Origin: Lingula anatina
Taxonomy: Eukaryota; Animalia; Brachiopoda
Length of the DNA stretch: 64,000 bases
Reading direction: 5' to 3'
Assembly: GCA_051362555.1 (NCBI GenBank)
Contig: CM120645.1
Span: 3,286,001 to 3,350,000, forward strand
Below are positions 1-13,590 of this stretch, piece by piece. The notes beneath the pieces are model-generated. The model was not told the origin of the DNA and searched no databases. It saw only the letters and a list, made by a program, of their open reading frames with translations. Numbering within the stretch: position 1 is the stretch's first letter; each line of letters opens with the position of its first letter. The position numbers and the translations under genes are program-made.

Positions 1-47
1 ATGAAGAGAAAATATACGTTTAACATCTTTGTTACTTGTATTTTTAC

Positions 48-187
48 CTGGTCTCGAGGCATGCTGGTCCGTATCTACATGTATCTCCTCACGAGAACGA
101 GTTAGTAGTCCTTGTATAACCAGTTGTACTGCTATGTTAGATATTACTATGGCGGGTATCACGGTGAAATAGATTTGGCTTCGCCAT
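48..187 (-). pseudogene. Same putative first exon, belonging to a transferase copy left of the window
   Basis: Identical to 14052-14191, so the array continues leftward. Confidence 0.45.
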
Positions 188-2243
188 GTTCAATGAAAAA
201 ATACTGTATTGGGGGTAGGTGATATGCCAAATGTTTCCCTCATGCCCCACAGGTGGTTTTCCATATGCATGTATATATTTCTGTGCACGTGTCCATTGCC
301 ACATGACATTATTCTAGTCTCTCGTTTGACGAAGACTCTATTGCAAGTTAAATGAGGCCATTGTTCTAGCTTGTACGTACTGTACTTGTTTGAATACCTA
401 ATGTATTCGCTAACGCCGGTGAATATGGGCAAAAATGAGGGACAAGATCTATGATAATATCCTGTAGAAAATATCTTTAACTTTGTTATGGACCTGATAT
501 ATTCTAGCTTGGACTAAAAACACTCATTGGTCCAAATGAGCTTTTTTCTTTTAGATATGCATGTTTATGTGCATTATTTGACCTAATTCTATAGGACCTC
601 GCATTTTGCGTGACAAATTTCATTAATGCATGTCTCGCCGAAAATAGGGGAGGCTGAGCAGCTTAGTAAATCTACGCGGAAGATCGAAGTAAGAGATAGT
701 CAAGGTGCTGAAAAAGAGCTATAAATATCTACTGGTACAATCACATGTACATATGGGTCTGTAATACAATCTTTATACACAAACATGTAAGTGGAGGGCA
801 TTTTTTGAGCTAAAAATAATTTATGTCACAGGCCCCCTGTGCAAGTTCGTATTGCGGAAAAAGTTTGAAGTCGGTAATCTATGGTTGGGCTTCTCTAAAC
901 TTTAAACATTGACTTATTTTTCTTGTTCATGTTCAATTAGTACAGAAGAGAACAGTTTCTCTGATCATCTGATATATCCTGCGTCGTTTTTCAAAGCAGT
1001 TTTACGAAATTATTTTTAATACGAGGTTACACGGGGAAAGTGGAAAGTAATTATTTTAATAGCAGGGAAATTTTGTCACTGGTACCTTTTATGTCGTTTG
1101 AAACACAATTTCTGGCATTAAAGCTATTAAATATTTTTTGCATGTATCGAAAACTGCTCATGGATGGTTTAGTTGTTTTCACTTAAATAAATTATCTCAA
1201 TTAAATGCGTATGTGTGTGAATCTATATCTATTATATGTGTGTTTTCAAACGGGGAAAGAAGGGAGATTTGAGCCTACGTGATAATTGCGATAACCACAG
1301 CATAATTATGCTGCATTATTTTAATCACTTGAAAGGTTTGGCCGTAAGTTTGAGTCGTGTTTGTACTGTTTGTACATTGTACTGAATTATCATGTTTTTT
1401 TTTCAATATATAGAACGAAAAGAGAAGCCATACGTTCGAAATAACGGATCAAAATAAAGGAGTTTAGCATTCACTTTTAGTGACATAGGAACAAAATTAG
1501 ACGCTGACCAGCGATACACCTGCCTGAGAGGGCAGGGGGGGGGGGGGGGGGGCACGAAGTAAAATTTACGCCAGAAAGATTTCAAAGCCTTATTTAAGAA
1601 CAAAAAGAAAGCACAACCAATGTTGACGCACGCACGCTGTTTATGACAGCGGGTGGGAACCAGTGCAATACGAGCTGCATTTTTCTACATTTATTTACTT
1701 GGAGATACAGTGTTTGCCGGCAATGAAAGCGCAAGGGAATAAAACTGAGAAAAAACTCCTACTACTTCAACACGCTGGTCATACGTGAAACCTTTGTTTT
1801 AAAATCTAACTTTTTCAGAATGCACTGATGCCCCTTCTTGTTCGATAAGACAATAAGTTGGCGGCCAGTAGCAATTGGTATCGGTAAACTGGTAGAGCAG
1901 AGGCAGTTGATGTGTTCGACTGTCAAAATAAATGCTTTTGACCCAACTGAAATAAACTTTATTAAACAAACCTTCCAACAGGTGCTCATTGATTTATGAG
2001 TCTACAAAATGGGCGTTTCTGACCTATTACATGTCATCTACCTACAGTTTGTGCAGTTTCGAGGGCGCCTTTTTAATCTCCATCTCTCTCTCTTTCGGCA
2101 ACTTTTCTTGCGCTACTGATTGATTCGCCAGCGATGCTTGTTCTCATGAAAGTGCCAACTATCTATTATTTAATGTTTCATCACTTTCTGGAGTCTGAAG
2201 TTACGCCAGTGAAACGTATGTCAGTTTTAAGTTGATAAAATGT

Positions 2244-2366
2244 CCAATAGGAACCCGTCGCGTGGTATACGTTATGATAGTGCCACCAATTATTTACCTT
2301 ATATGGTAAAGATTGTGCGGGCTGACAGTCACGGCGAGGCTGGGGTGCTACGTTGATATGTATAAA
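2244..2366 (+). promoter_or_regulatory. Putative CCAAT + TATA promoter of the lectin gene (equivalents upstream of the other three copies)
   Basis: CCAAT at 2244 and TATAAA at 2361, about 125 bp before the ATG; conserved in all four units. Confidence 0.55.
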
Positions 2367-2486
2367 TACGAACCCTCGAAACACAACTTCTCACCCTTCC
2401 TCATCCACTGGAGACGCAGGGACAGAAGAGAACCCATCAAGGACGCGACAGTTGCAGCAAGAAGCCCCGTACTTCTGAACGATACC

Positions 2487-5400
2487 ATGCATTTGTTCCT
2501 GGCTATAGTGCTGTCTGCCAGCCTGGCGGTTGCCGAAGGTAAGTTCCAACATGATTCGAAGGTCGATCTTGCTCTTACCAAGGGCTTTCACGAACTCTTG
2601 ACTGCATTTCAACCTCTTAGAACGCTAGACCGAACCTAGTGTAGGAACGTTTCCCGGAAACCGAGATTTAAACAGAGACCGTGACAGAGAATCAGATAGT
2701 CACCCATTGTTCTCTGGGCTTTATTCATTTCATCCGGGAAACGCGCTCCACCCCAAAGTGTGTAATGCCCTTGCTTTTAGCATCTTCAATTAAAGTTTTT
2801 GGTGAAGCTGCCCCCACCCACCCACCCACCCATAAAAAGCCTAAAAGTTGATCCTAAGACAAAATATTTAGTGCACTCCAGTTCAGGATAAAAACATACC
2901 GGTCTATTAAAATAAATGTTTGGTACATGTACTGTTCGGACTGCTGGACGCAGAAAGGACGCCGCCCAGTGTAAAGGGGGCTTTAGTGACAGCATGCAGT
3001 GACTAAGATCGGGGAGTGTTTTGTACAGTAACTTTAGTTGAATGACATGCTCTCATGATATTTATACAACCACGCATAATGTAAACAGGAGAAGAAGGCC
3101 CCTAGAGACTGCATGAGGTAGAAGTAGGGGTAAAGGAAGCGGCACATGTAACAACTGGAAAGTAGTTCAATAAATAATAAGAAAGTCCATAACTGAGTTG
3201 TATTTGGTACCTCGCGTAACATGAAGCCAATAACGTCGTCACTAAAGCCCCCTTTACACTGGGCGGCGTCCTTTCTGCGTCCAGCAGTCCGGCCCCATTT
3301 GAGAGTTAAAAAATTATAATATTTTACGTGCCGACAACTGGCCGATCATTGAGCATTCATTCTGATACAAAATTAATGCTCATGCCTCCTTATTAAGACC
3401 ACAGCGATGCCAAATTTCATGGTCGCAGAAAGAACGCAGAAAGAACGCCGTCCAGTGTAAAGGGGGTATTTCTAACATTACAGAGGTATTGTTTAGTGAG
3501 GAACCACTGCCTAATCTGTTGTCCAAAATATAGCTGGATATATAGCAAATATAACAAGGATATGCCACTTTACTGATAACATACCTGACAGAGGCGCCCC
3601 TTCCAATCGCTGAGCGTCGGTGCTTCAGAGATTTTTAGTTCATCAATATCAAAACAAAGAATTCAGTCTTAAGAGAGGGTCCGAGAACATTAATTGTCAA
3701 GTAACCGTACAGCTACAGTCTAGCACACAAGTTTATAACGAGCAAAATATTTTCCTTTGATAACTGCAAGAAAATCAACTTCTCAGATTATGTATATTTA
3801 ACCAACAAACCCGATAACCTGCCGATCACATTCTGGTATGTATATGAATAACCATTCAACGTAAAATGATACCCCTGTATGTTCAAGAACATGTACATCT
3901 GCAATGTCTGAGTCTTGAACTGAAAAATTTTGCAGATGGATTGCACGACTAGGAAAGCTCATTGACAAATATGAAACAAAAGAAAAAGAAATAAAATTCA
4001 AAGTTCACACTCATGAATTTGATGTTCATTATCACATATTGTAATCTAATGGAAATTGTGATGGTTTAAATTCAAAGGAGGTCAGAAAGTGCAAGAAATG
4101 TGTTCTCCAATCTGTCGCATGCCTAGTTGAATAGGTCAATGATAATATTTAGGTATTGTTCTTGAGACCCACTATAGCAAAACACAGTCAAGTTAAAAGC
4201 TAATGTTATATTTTTTTCTTGCCACTGAAATAAGGTTACAAGGGGTTGGGAAAACACACCCTTTATTTTCTTTGCATAAAGGGGGGATTGTACTCAGCGA
4301 ACTGCTTCAACTTATATAAATCGATGACGACTTTCCTTCTTAACGTCGTTTCATCGATTGATTAATCGATTTTAGGTTGATACATGTTAGTTTGGTAACC
4401 AAGCTGAAGGGTCGTTTTTGTGATCTCTTGGTTTATTAATTAGTTTTTCAGCTTATGTTTTTTCGCGATTGATCGATGATTTATTCAATCGTTTCATTTG
4501 TTGTATGGTTGACAATGTAATTAAATGATTGAATTTGCAGTTGATGGATGATTTGATTGTGAAACAGCTCGATTGAGTGGTTAATTAACCAATATGTCGA
4601 ATGACTGGTTTGTATGATAGTTGGTCGTCCAATTAGTAAATGACAGACGGTTACTTTGGTTTGCAGGAGGATACGTCAGCCCTAGGTTCATTGTTAGGCA
4701 CAGGTCTAGCGGCCGTTGTTACGCCTATGCTGACTGGTGGTCCTGGGGCCATCATTATGAAAAATTCCGTGCAGACAATTGCCCCAATGCGGCTGAACTA
4801 GAATGGCATCAGAAGGAAGGACACTGGGGCTATCTGAAGGTCGTAGGCACTGCCGGACATTGTTTGAACCCCTTCGGCGGCTGGGCTCATCCAGGAGACA
4901 ATACAGCAATTTTCCCACATCCAAATTGCTACAATTCTGCATTGTTTGCAATCAACCAAGAGAAGGGCTTCATCAAACATTCTGGGGGCAAATATGTTCA
5001 CCCGTACCCATATAACGGTGAAATGCCAAGCTGGCATTCCGATACGATGATACACGGAGGAACTTTCTCAAATATGCAGTTTGACTTTCTTAACCGCAAC
5101 CTCCAGAAAGTTCAGGTTATTCCAAACCCATCAGTTGCCGGAGACTGGGTTAAAATCAGCTGTTGGGGCCATGTTGGCCCTGGGTCTTTGTCGTATACAT
5201 TTAAAGCTGGCTACTCTAAAACCGAGTCCTCGACGTTAACAAATTCATGGGAAATGACCATCGAAGTGGCCAAAAAAGTCATTACAGCCAGCGTCACCTA
5301 TAGTGGTTCTTACTCAACCTCCTACGAATCGCAATGGACGCAGGAACGGGAAATAACCAGAACAGTCACTGTCACTGTAGCTGGCACCATATGTTTGTGG

Positions 5401-5514
5401 CAGTGGCAGTATGTATTTGAGCAGTTTAATGATAAATATGTGTTCAAACCCATGATTATGCAAGAAACCCGTTCTGACGTGAAACCAACCAATATCCCCA
5501 GAAACAAAAAGTAG
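2487..5514 (+). CDS. Secreted mytilectin-type beta-trefoil lectin fused to an aerolysin-like pore-forming domain, copy 1 (exons 2487-2538 and 4667-5514; 299 aa)
   Basis: Exon 1 encodes signal peptide MHLFLAIVLSASLAVAE and ends at a G|GTAAGT donor. The TTTGCAG acceptor at 4666 is phase-compatible. Motifs WGYLK, NPFGG, ALFA, IKHSGGKYVHP, IHG and MQFDF match the MytiLec pattern. The C-terminal ~125 aa has an alternating Ser/Thr-rich amphipathic stretch (GYSKTESSTLTNSWEMTIEV..TASVTYSGSYSTS) and LWQWQY. Confidence 0.85.
2937..3482. mobile_element. Rearranged (partly inverted) copy of the solo LTR + MITE, with a 54 bp perfect inverted repeat (2937-2990 / 3238-3291)
   Basis: Direct comparison with 16939-17436. 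Confidence 0.8.
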
Positions 5515-5718
5515 AAATTGGTCCAATTACCTGTCAATCTTATTAATTTACAATATCTTTATTTCTTCTTTCTCTGCTATGCTAAATATCATGGATTGGG
5601 TTTTTGTCTCTTTTCCCCCACTATTCTGTCTATTTAATATTCAGATTTTTCTGATGACATACCTATAGAGGTATTTAGCGAACACACAAAGGCGTTTTTT
5701 TTCTGGTTGGGTTTTTGT

Positions 5719-5724
5719 AATAAA
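5719..5724 (+). other. Candidate polyadenylation signal of lectin copy 1
   Basis: First AATAAA noticed after the stop, ~205 bp downstream; also present in copy 2. Confidence 0.35.
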
Positions 5725-7330
5725 CAGTGGATCATTAAGGTTGCTGTCGCTGAGAATTACACATTCTAAAATATGGTATTTGAATTCAATTCATTATAAA
5801 CAGTATCACCATAATGAAATCACTTTTAAACCCAGAAATATAGTTTATGATACACGTTTCTCACTTCAATTGCCTTCGTAGTGTACGATCACTACCTTAT
5901 ATTATATTCTATTCTATACCTCACTACCTCAACTTGTAGTCATATTAACTTATTTTTATTTCTTACTCTGATAATCTCTTATTTTGGTGGAGGAACCAAA
6001 AAAATGAGCAAAATGATAAAAAAGGTTCTGATTCTTTTCTTAATGGACAGTTGTTCAGCATGGAGGACATCTTTCACGTTTGCTGCGCCCACAGTTAGTT
6101 TCACCAAGGAGGTAGTTGTTGGGACTCCTTGGTTTCACACATTTCGATTTTTGACAGTACTTGTAAACCACACTAGACCTGTTAATCCACATATTTGTAA
6201 TAAAAGTAGAAAGACTCAGGACCACAGACACGTGCTTGACTTTTTTTTGTATCACGTCTCTCCGTTTGTTACCCTGAATCCTATTTTTTGCATATTATTT
6301 ATTTATTTATATATCTATTTATTTTGCTTGCCCCTTTTCTTTGGAACAAATTTGTTATTATTTAAAGTTCTGTTCATGGACAGTGTTTTTCACGTTTATT
6401 ACTCTCTTCAAAATGCTCAACAAACAAAGCGTAGATAAGTTTTTAATAATAAATGTATCAGACCGTTTTTATATTTTATAATTATTTAACGGAATCATCT
6501 CCAATTGAATTCCTCGTAAATAATTCAAACTTATGATTGCTTGAATAAGGACCTTATAGTCCATGGGCCAAATACCGACCCCCACCCCCTTAGTGATTTT
6601 TGTTCACTATGTTTTTCTAATAGGCCCTTAGTTTTTATTTTTTTGCGTGTTTGCCAGTAAAGTGGTTGTTGGTGTGTCTTGGTAACACACGGGTTAAAAA
6701 ATGACAGTTCTGAGGCCAACAAAATCTTAAATATTTCAAATGCATTGACTAAATGACATTTAAAATCATTCTAGAGTCATTCTAAAATCATTCTAAAATG
6801 AGAGCTATATTCCTCATTTCATCTTAAATTTGGATGAGAACTTATTTTCATAATACTGCTCATCACTACTAGATGTGTGTCCATGTAAAATGATTAAAAA
6901 AGAAAGATGAAATGGTCAACAATAACCGAAGACTAGGTAACAGCAAATCTTGATTGGCTTTCCAATGAACTACAGCCAAGACATTTCACCTGTTACCATA
7001 AAGCCTTAATCCTGAATATGCAATTAAATATGGACAAGTATTTCCATGAAAGCAGTGTAGAAAGGTCATATAAGATTGCAATTGACTGCACAACTTTTAG
7101 AATTATACGTTTCTTGCATTAAAATTCATACCCGCACTGTCAATTGTGGCCATGTTGAATTTTGGAACAACCAAGCAAATATAATATGGCCAAATAAAAA
7201 TAATTTATATTTAGATTATAGGTTAATTATGTTCAACAGAAAGTGTAAGATACATTTTGAAAGAAAAAAGTAACATTTATTCAGTTAGCACAGCAATATG
7301 TATACACCGTGTTTTGTGATGGCCACCTTG

Positions 7331-8332
7331 AGTTCCTTCGTCATTTCATCCTCAGAAAGTTTTTCACAGTATTTATTATATGCAGATTGGTACTTTTCAA
7401 ATAATTCATCGTACTGTTCCAAATTTGTTTTCACGATATGAAGGTTATTAAAGTCAGTCATAGCATTCACTATTTTGTTACAGCATACTGTAACTGAGCG
7501 TAGCGCTGCACTTTTTCTGTCCTTTAAAGTTTTAATGGTAGTTGTGTCTGACTGTGGTACATCTGCGTTTGTTTCACCGTTCATGATGCCAGTGTTCGGA
7601 ACAAAATATTTGTACTAATATTGTAGACGACGTTACGCATAAAATGACTGAATCATTTATTGTCTTTTAGATAGCACAATTTGTTACAGTTTCGTTATCA
7701 AAATGGACACCGTGGCACGTTTGTTCTTTGTGTACGTTGAGCTTTTGTACAAATCTAAAAAAAAATGAAAAATGACATAAGTATGCGACAAACAATAAAC
7801 TCATAGAAACTAATATAAACAAACTACGGTATATACGTTAAAGTAAAAATAAAAAACATTTTACAATTACTCACATTATATGCTATCTACGGTTCCAAAC
7901 ACAGGTGACCGACCGGTATGCTTGCTACTTGTCTTCTGAATTCTCTATATATTTCTATACCACACACACCCAAAATCACGTGACTGATTACTGTTCGCAT
8001 AACTAAGAGTGACCACACCCGCACAAAAACGAAGTAGATACTCCAGCGCAGTAGACTACTGCAATCATACTGCAAACATGCTTCAAATCTGCTTCGATGT
8101 GGGAGCTAATTAGCATATTTGAAACATGCTTCTATCATGCTGCTAATCTACTGCATTAATGCTCCTCCTCTGTACAAGCCTATGTAATTTTTGAAGTAGA
8201 ATTGCAGTAGGCTATACTGCATTTCTACTGCAAATATGCTCCACACCTCTACTGCGTTTAAAATGCTTCTTTGCTACTTCGATACTACTGCATTTTCGTG
8301 CGGGCAAGGTCATGTGATTTGGTGCACTAACA
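7331..8332 (-). mobile_element. Truncated LTR retrotransposon: 5' LTR (8332-7593), PBS and start of a gag-like ORF (possibly BEL/Pao)
   Basis: TGTT...AACA termini; TGGCATCA PBS-like motif 1 nt after the LTR; helical ORF from 7584; absent from type B units. Confidence 0.65.
8018..8304. mobile_element. EnSpm/CMC-like MITE
   Basis: TIR CCCGCAC(G/A)AAAA...TTTTCGTGCGGG with 2 bp TSD CA; nested in the LTR. Confidence 0.8.
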
Positions 8333-8540
8333 CTTGGATTGGCTGCCATTTTGGCAATTTAACTATGATATTTTTTCAAATAATTTCATTAATTGCTGAG
8401 GCCCAAGTCTTATTTTATAAGATTACAATACAGGTACCCGCGTTCATATATTTGAAATACATGACAATTTAAAGGTCTCAGAAATTATAATTCAAAACCC
8501 CTGTATTACTATGGCCACAGCTAAATCTGTCACACCCATA

Positions 8541-10250
8541 ATAATAATAATAATTATACTACAACTACTACTACTACTACTACTACTACTAATTATAATA
8601 AATTTATTTTGAGTCTAAACTCCATTATTACATGTTCAGAAGACTTTACATATACATAAACAATTACTAAATAATCATTTATTAGGAATAGATAAATAAA
8701 TAAATTACAGAGTTTAACGACAAAAAATTAAGAGTGTTCACATAAAAGTACTTACAGTACATAGCTAAAATATGTTTGTGAAGAAGAAATAATCAATTCT
8801 AGGTAAAAAAAAAGCCTTATTTACATATAGAAAAATTATAAGTATAAGCCTTATTTCTTACAGTGGAAAAATGCAATTACTATAACATTTGTAAAAACAA
8901 TTTAAAAGTTGATTAGTCAAAAAAAATTCCTGAATAGGTATGTCGTTAATTCTTTTTTAAAATACTTGGTAGATTCAATTGATCGGATTTTCAGTGGTTA
9001 TAAATTCCATTCCTTTGGACCTGCTGATTTAAAAGAAATGTCACCATAAGTTTTTAGGCGCATTTTTACCAGCTTATATAAGTAACAATTTGTCTACAGA
9101 CCGCACGTTTCTTGCTGGAACATAGTGAGTGACTAATTCACTTAGGTAGATCGGTGCGACTTTGTAAAAAGCGTCATGAACAAGACTAGAAATTTAAAAC
9201 AATCCTGGCTTGCAGTCAGGTAGCCAATGTAACTCTGCTAAAACTGGGGTGATATGGTTACTCATGGATGTACGGGTTGATAATTTAGCTGAGATGTTCT
9301 GAATACGCTGCAGTATTTTAATGTTTTTTTGACACCCATATAAAATAGAATTACAGAAACCCAATCTAGACGTTACTAAACAATTTGTAACTGTACATGT
9401 AGCTGCAGCAGAGTCAGAGAGGTGATTACGAATTGTGCATATGTTCCTAATATTAAATACTGCTCACTTGCATATGCTAGCAATTTGATTATTCATAGAA
9501 AGCGTTCTATCAACCACCCTCGTAGATCATCAATACACTTAGACAGCTTTTCCATTGATTCATTAGGATTTTTTACATTACAGCATGTTAAAATTTGCGT
9601 ATCATCAGCATAGATGTTATAGCCAAAACTGTGATGTCTCAATATGGCCCCAGTGGGTCATGTATAGAAAGCTAGAGGTCCAAGAACATTACCTTGAGAT
9701 GCACCAAAAGCTAACTCTGACACATTTGACAATATTCCATTAATTAAAACCTGTTGTGAGCGACCTGTATGATAAGAGCGTAAAAGACTAAGTGCAGAGT
9801 CCCTGATATCAACATAATCTTGTAGTTCATGATCGATTGTATCAAAAGCTGCAGACAGGACAAATAAGACTAAAAGAATCATTGAGTGTTCATTGACTCC
9901 ACACGGGAGATCACTTTTTTATTCTTAGCAGTGGTGATTCAGTACTGTGTCTGGCCTAAATGTGATAGTAATCTTGCAGCAATGACCCTTTCAACGGTTT
10001 TTGATAGAAACGAGAGGTTAGACACAGATCTGTAATTTCCAAATGTATCAGTGTCTAGAGATGGCTTTTTTAGTAGGGCTTGAACCACACCTTTCTTGAG
10101 TTGACCAGTGAAAGAACCAGAAACAAAACTAGTACTGATGATGTGTGTTATCAGGTTGATGACAGCAGGGAGTATCTGAACCATGGGCGCTGTCGACATT
10201 GGATCAAGTATGCATGACGTCTTCTTAGAATTGTTAATTATTTTTGTAAT
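8541..10250 (-). mobile_element. Decayed, 5'-truncated CR1/L2-group LINE (reverse transcriptase 3' part)
   Basis: Fragments LLKKPSLD..NYRSVSNLSFLSKTVER, LSAAFDTIDH, QG.VLGP and LQRIQN; simple-repeat 3' tail at ~8541-8600; multiple frameshifts. Confidence 0.85.
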
Positions 10251-10470
10251 GTAATATTTTCATCTTGATGACTTCATGGTTTGGCAACAAAGCTAGAAAA
10301 CGTGTCAGTTTTGGTGTTTCAACTTCAAAGTTTTACAATTAAAGCAAAAATAACCTTTCGACTAATTATTTCCTGTGGGAGAAAAAAATCTTTTCAAGGG
10401 GTAAGCACTCTGTATACTGCTCCTAGCGCTTCCATCCTGTTGTCAGCAATACACAGAGCCAGCCGCATCT

Positions 10471-10929
10471 TTAGTCGACTTCTTCATTAATTCTTTTGTA
10501 ATCCATTCGATAAACGTAATACTCAATCTCATACATGACAACGGGCTTGATATAATGAAATGAGATGGGGTACCTGCTACAGCATTCAAAACCCTGGAAA
10601 AGATTAAGAAAAAATACAGATCAGCGGTAGTTATTGGTAATGAAGTATATTCTATACTGATGTACACGCAAGAGTGCTAAAATATCAAGGCCAAAGTTAA
10701 CATAAAGTAACAGTAGGTACTAGTAGTATGTTTTCGTCGGGATGTCTAGGTTGAACGTTTTGAATCTGCAATAATACAATTGTTCAATAAAGAAAAGTTG
10801 ACATTTGTAGTAAAATCTGTTTAACCAAATTGAACAACAGTGTAGTAAACGGGGCAATTTTACAAAAAAATAAAAATAAAATAATAAATAAATAAATAAA
10901 TAAATGAATAAATAAATAAAAAATAATAA

Positions 10930-11002
<73 letters not shown>

Positions 11003-11465
11003 TGGCGAATTTGTCTAGTTTCGTTTGTTATGCTGTTTTTAACAATACAAGGGCGGGAGGGGTGAGCTCCGAAGGGGTGGGTGTGGAGGAGGCAGTGGCC
11101 CGCTGTAAGCACCACCCCCTTAGTCTGCCTTCGTATCTTCAGGGCCCCATCTAAATAAAATATATAATCATAAAATTTAAGATCGGCTGGTGTGGACTTT
11201 ATCCTACCCACCTCCACTGCCCCATGAGCGTCCCCCTTTTTATACCAGTCAGCGTAGTGGCCCTTCAGGTGGACATAAGGAGGAAAAATCATAAACCGCT
11301 CTCTGCCCAACTCGTCCCGAGTGTCCACCGGTTCGGCACCAACACTTAACAAGCATTTCGCCGTTTTCATGTCCTCGGCTGATGTCCAGAAAACAAATGG
11401 CAGATTAAAATACTAAATCAAGTCAGAATATTTTTTGTTGATTTTAAGCCTATTGCGTGATCAGT

Positions 11466-11501
<36 letters not shown>

Positions 11502-12480
11502 GGTACCCTGGATATGCTACATGTGTAAGAACATAATGTTTATTGAGACAGAATATATGTTTGAAGCTAATAGAACGGTGCAATGTGACATCTTCTCTAC
11601 CACAATCTATCTCCTGTATTTCCAATTTGTGTGATTATGAATACAGTTGCCTATAAAGACTGCTTGGATTTTCACGTATACTTTAAGGTTATAAATGTTG
11701 TTAAAATATGCTGGGCAAATACCGTCATGCGGATTTCATTAGAAATATATATATTGACTATTGAACATTTTAACACGTGTCACGTAAACATACTGGTATG
11801 TGTCAGCTGTAACGAAAAGAGATCTGTTAGAGATATGCAACTTGAATAATAATAGGTTAAAAAGATGAAACGATATACAGGCTGTTCCTTATACAACGAC
11901 CTATTTTGAATTGAGATGGAAAGCAAAAATGGTCGTTTTTATGGACCACCCTGTACATGTATGAAATACATACCCTCTCCGTCCTGCAGGCATTTCGGGT
12001 CGCTGTTAATGGCTTTCGTAACAAGCAATCTGACAGCTTCCCTGCTAAGCACCAACCCTGGACCTCCACTCATATACACGGACTTCTTAATTCTAGTATC
12101 AGCGTTGAATTCCCAATCACTGGGGTAAAACTGGTGTCCATAAAACTCTGCCCTCTTTGGGTCCCTAGATGTTAGATAATGTTTCAAATTTTCTACAATT
12201 ACGTATGTATCAGGGTCAGCTTTGATAAAGAAATCTGCTTCGTTCAGATGATGCTCGTAAATGTATTTCCATGCAGCTTTGGCCTTTTTTGCAATGTGTC
12301 CTCTCCCGGGTGGTACACGTAAACCAATTGTTGGGAACGTCTTATTTTCCATGGAGCTCATAAATAATGTGACGTCACATCTTCTCGCCCACGTGTCTCT
12401 GACGTGAATAACACGCTTGTCGACATCTGGAGGATCAGTAAGTAGCCAACAAAGAACTCTTGGCATTGGAGGTCCTTTTT
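10471..12480 (-). CDS. C1GALT1: Core-1 beta-1,3-galactosyltransferase (T-synthase, GT31/Fringe-like) catalytic exons, copy 1: 12480-11974, 11378-11212, 10593-10471
   Basis: Motifs RVLCWLLT, TWARRCD, FIKADPDTY (DxD), YMSGGPG.VLSREA, AEDM..KCL..VG...DTRD..GRERF, and a last exon GFECCSRYPISFHY...stop that the ORF track does not show. All GT-AG sites are phase-compatible. Confidence 0.85.
10863..11001. repeat. (AAAT)n/(AAT)n microsatellite in a transferase intron
   Basis: Directly visible. Confidence 0.9.
11878..11953. mobile_element. Tiny Tc1/mariner-like MITE remnant
   Basis: TA-CAGGCTGTTCC...GGACCACCCTG-TA imperfect TIR with TA flanks. Confidence 0.45.
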
Positions 12481-13306
12481 CTGTAAGCAAAGGTGAAATA
12501 ATGTGTTTATATAGAAAAACATATCAGATAGCAAATCTGTTTTTATACTCCAAACATAAAGACGATCGAGATAGATTTGCTATGCATAAATGTAAACGTA
12601 GGACAGGGGCGGATCCAGAGAATTTTTCTGACAGTCTTCCATATTACGTTTGTTAATCCATCCTCCATTTTTGACCGTCTTCCGACAGAAAGAACAGATA
12701 CCCGACGATGTAAACTTGAAAAGCTGACCGTCTTCCGATCTCAGAAGACGGCCTGAATCAGTACCTGCCTAATAATAAGTTGTTTCGCACTCTGTCTATC
12801 CCCTTTATTTTTCTTTGGTGTTTCATTCTACCGGTAGTCTACCCCATTATGAGTACATCTCTGACTCATCATCCCAATCACCCCTTGTCTTTTTGAAATT
12901 TGTTTTTGAAAACACTTTTGATGCGGGATCCCAAAGGGAAAATGAGATGAGATTACTTCAACAGGATAATTTTATCACAGGTGCTTTTTATTTCTCTTAA
13001 AATTCAATCATTAAAATAATTACAGTAATCAAATATTTTCCCTGGGAATCGTCAATTGCGCATTTTGGTAGATAGTAAGATTTTCCATTTGGAGGGGGGG
13101 GGGAGAAAGGAAGACGACAAGATGACTAAATCTGTTTGCATAGTCATTACCTTGACTAGAAAAGTATGCTTACGTTACAGATATTTCCCTAACCAGCCGT
13201 CTCTGTAATTGCAGATTTTTATAAGTCTCAGATTTGTATCTCAAAGCCTGCCTTAATTTTGACCACATAGATGCAAGTGTTCAAAAATTGCTTTTGTTAA
13301 CGGCTC

Positions 13307-13590
13307 CCCGCACGAAAACGAAGTAGATACTCCAGCGCAGTAGACTACTTCAATCATACTGCAAACATGCTTCAAATCTGCTTCGATTGGGGAGCTAATT
13401 AGCATATTTGAAACATGCTTCTATCATGCTGCTAATCTACTGCATTAATGCTCCTCCTCTGTACAACCCTATGTAATTTTTGAAGTAGCATTGCAGTAGG
13501 CTATACTGCATTTCTACTGCAAATATGATCCACACCACTACTGCGTTAATGCTTCTTTGCTACTTCGATACTACTGCATTTTCGTGCGGG
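13307..13590. mobile_element. EnSpm/CMC-like MITE, independent insertion of the same family
   Basis: Same TIRs and 2 bp TSD TC; empty site AACGGCTCAAGCC seen at ~28739 and ~46083. Confidence 0.85.

Noticed and set aside
2313-2639. 108 aa ORF as a standalone gene
   Set aside because: Only 2487-2538 is the signal exon; the rest is promoter, UTR or intron.
3515-4015. Type-A-specific intronic segment, possibly a LINE endonuclease remnant
   Set aside because: Too decayed to support an assignment by eye.
5881-6438. 185 aa hydrophobic ORF (and duplicate at 19835)
   Set aside because: AT-rich low-complexity translation with a GTG start; the frame is not conserved in type B units.
10720-11211. Poly-Leu/Tyr/Phe transmembrane-like tail of the 216 aa ORF
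   Set aside because: Read-through into an intron microsatellite past the donor at 11211.
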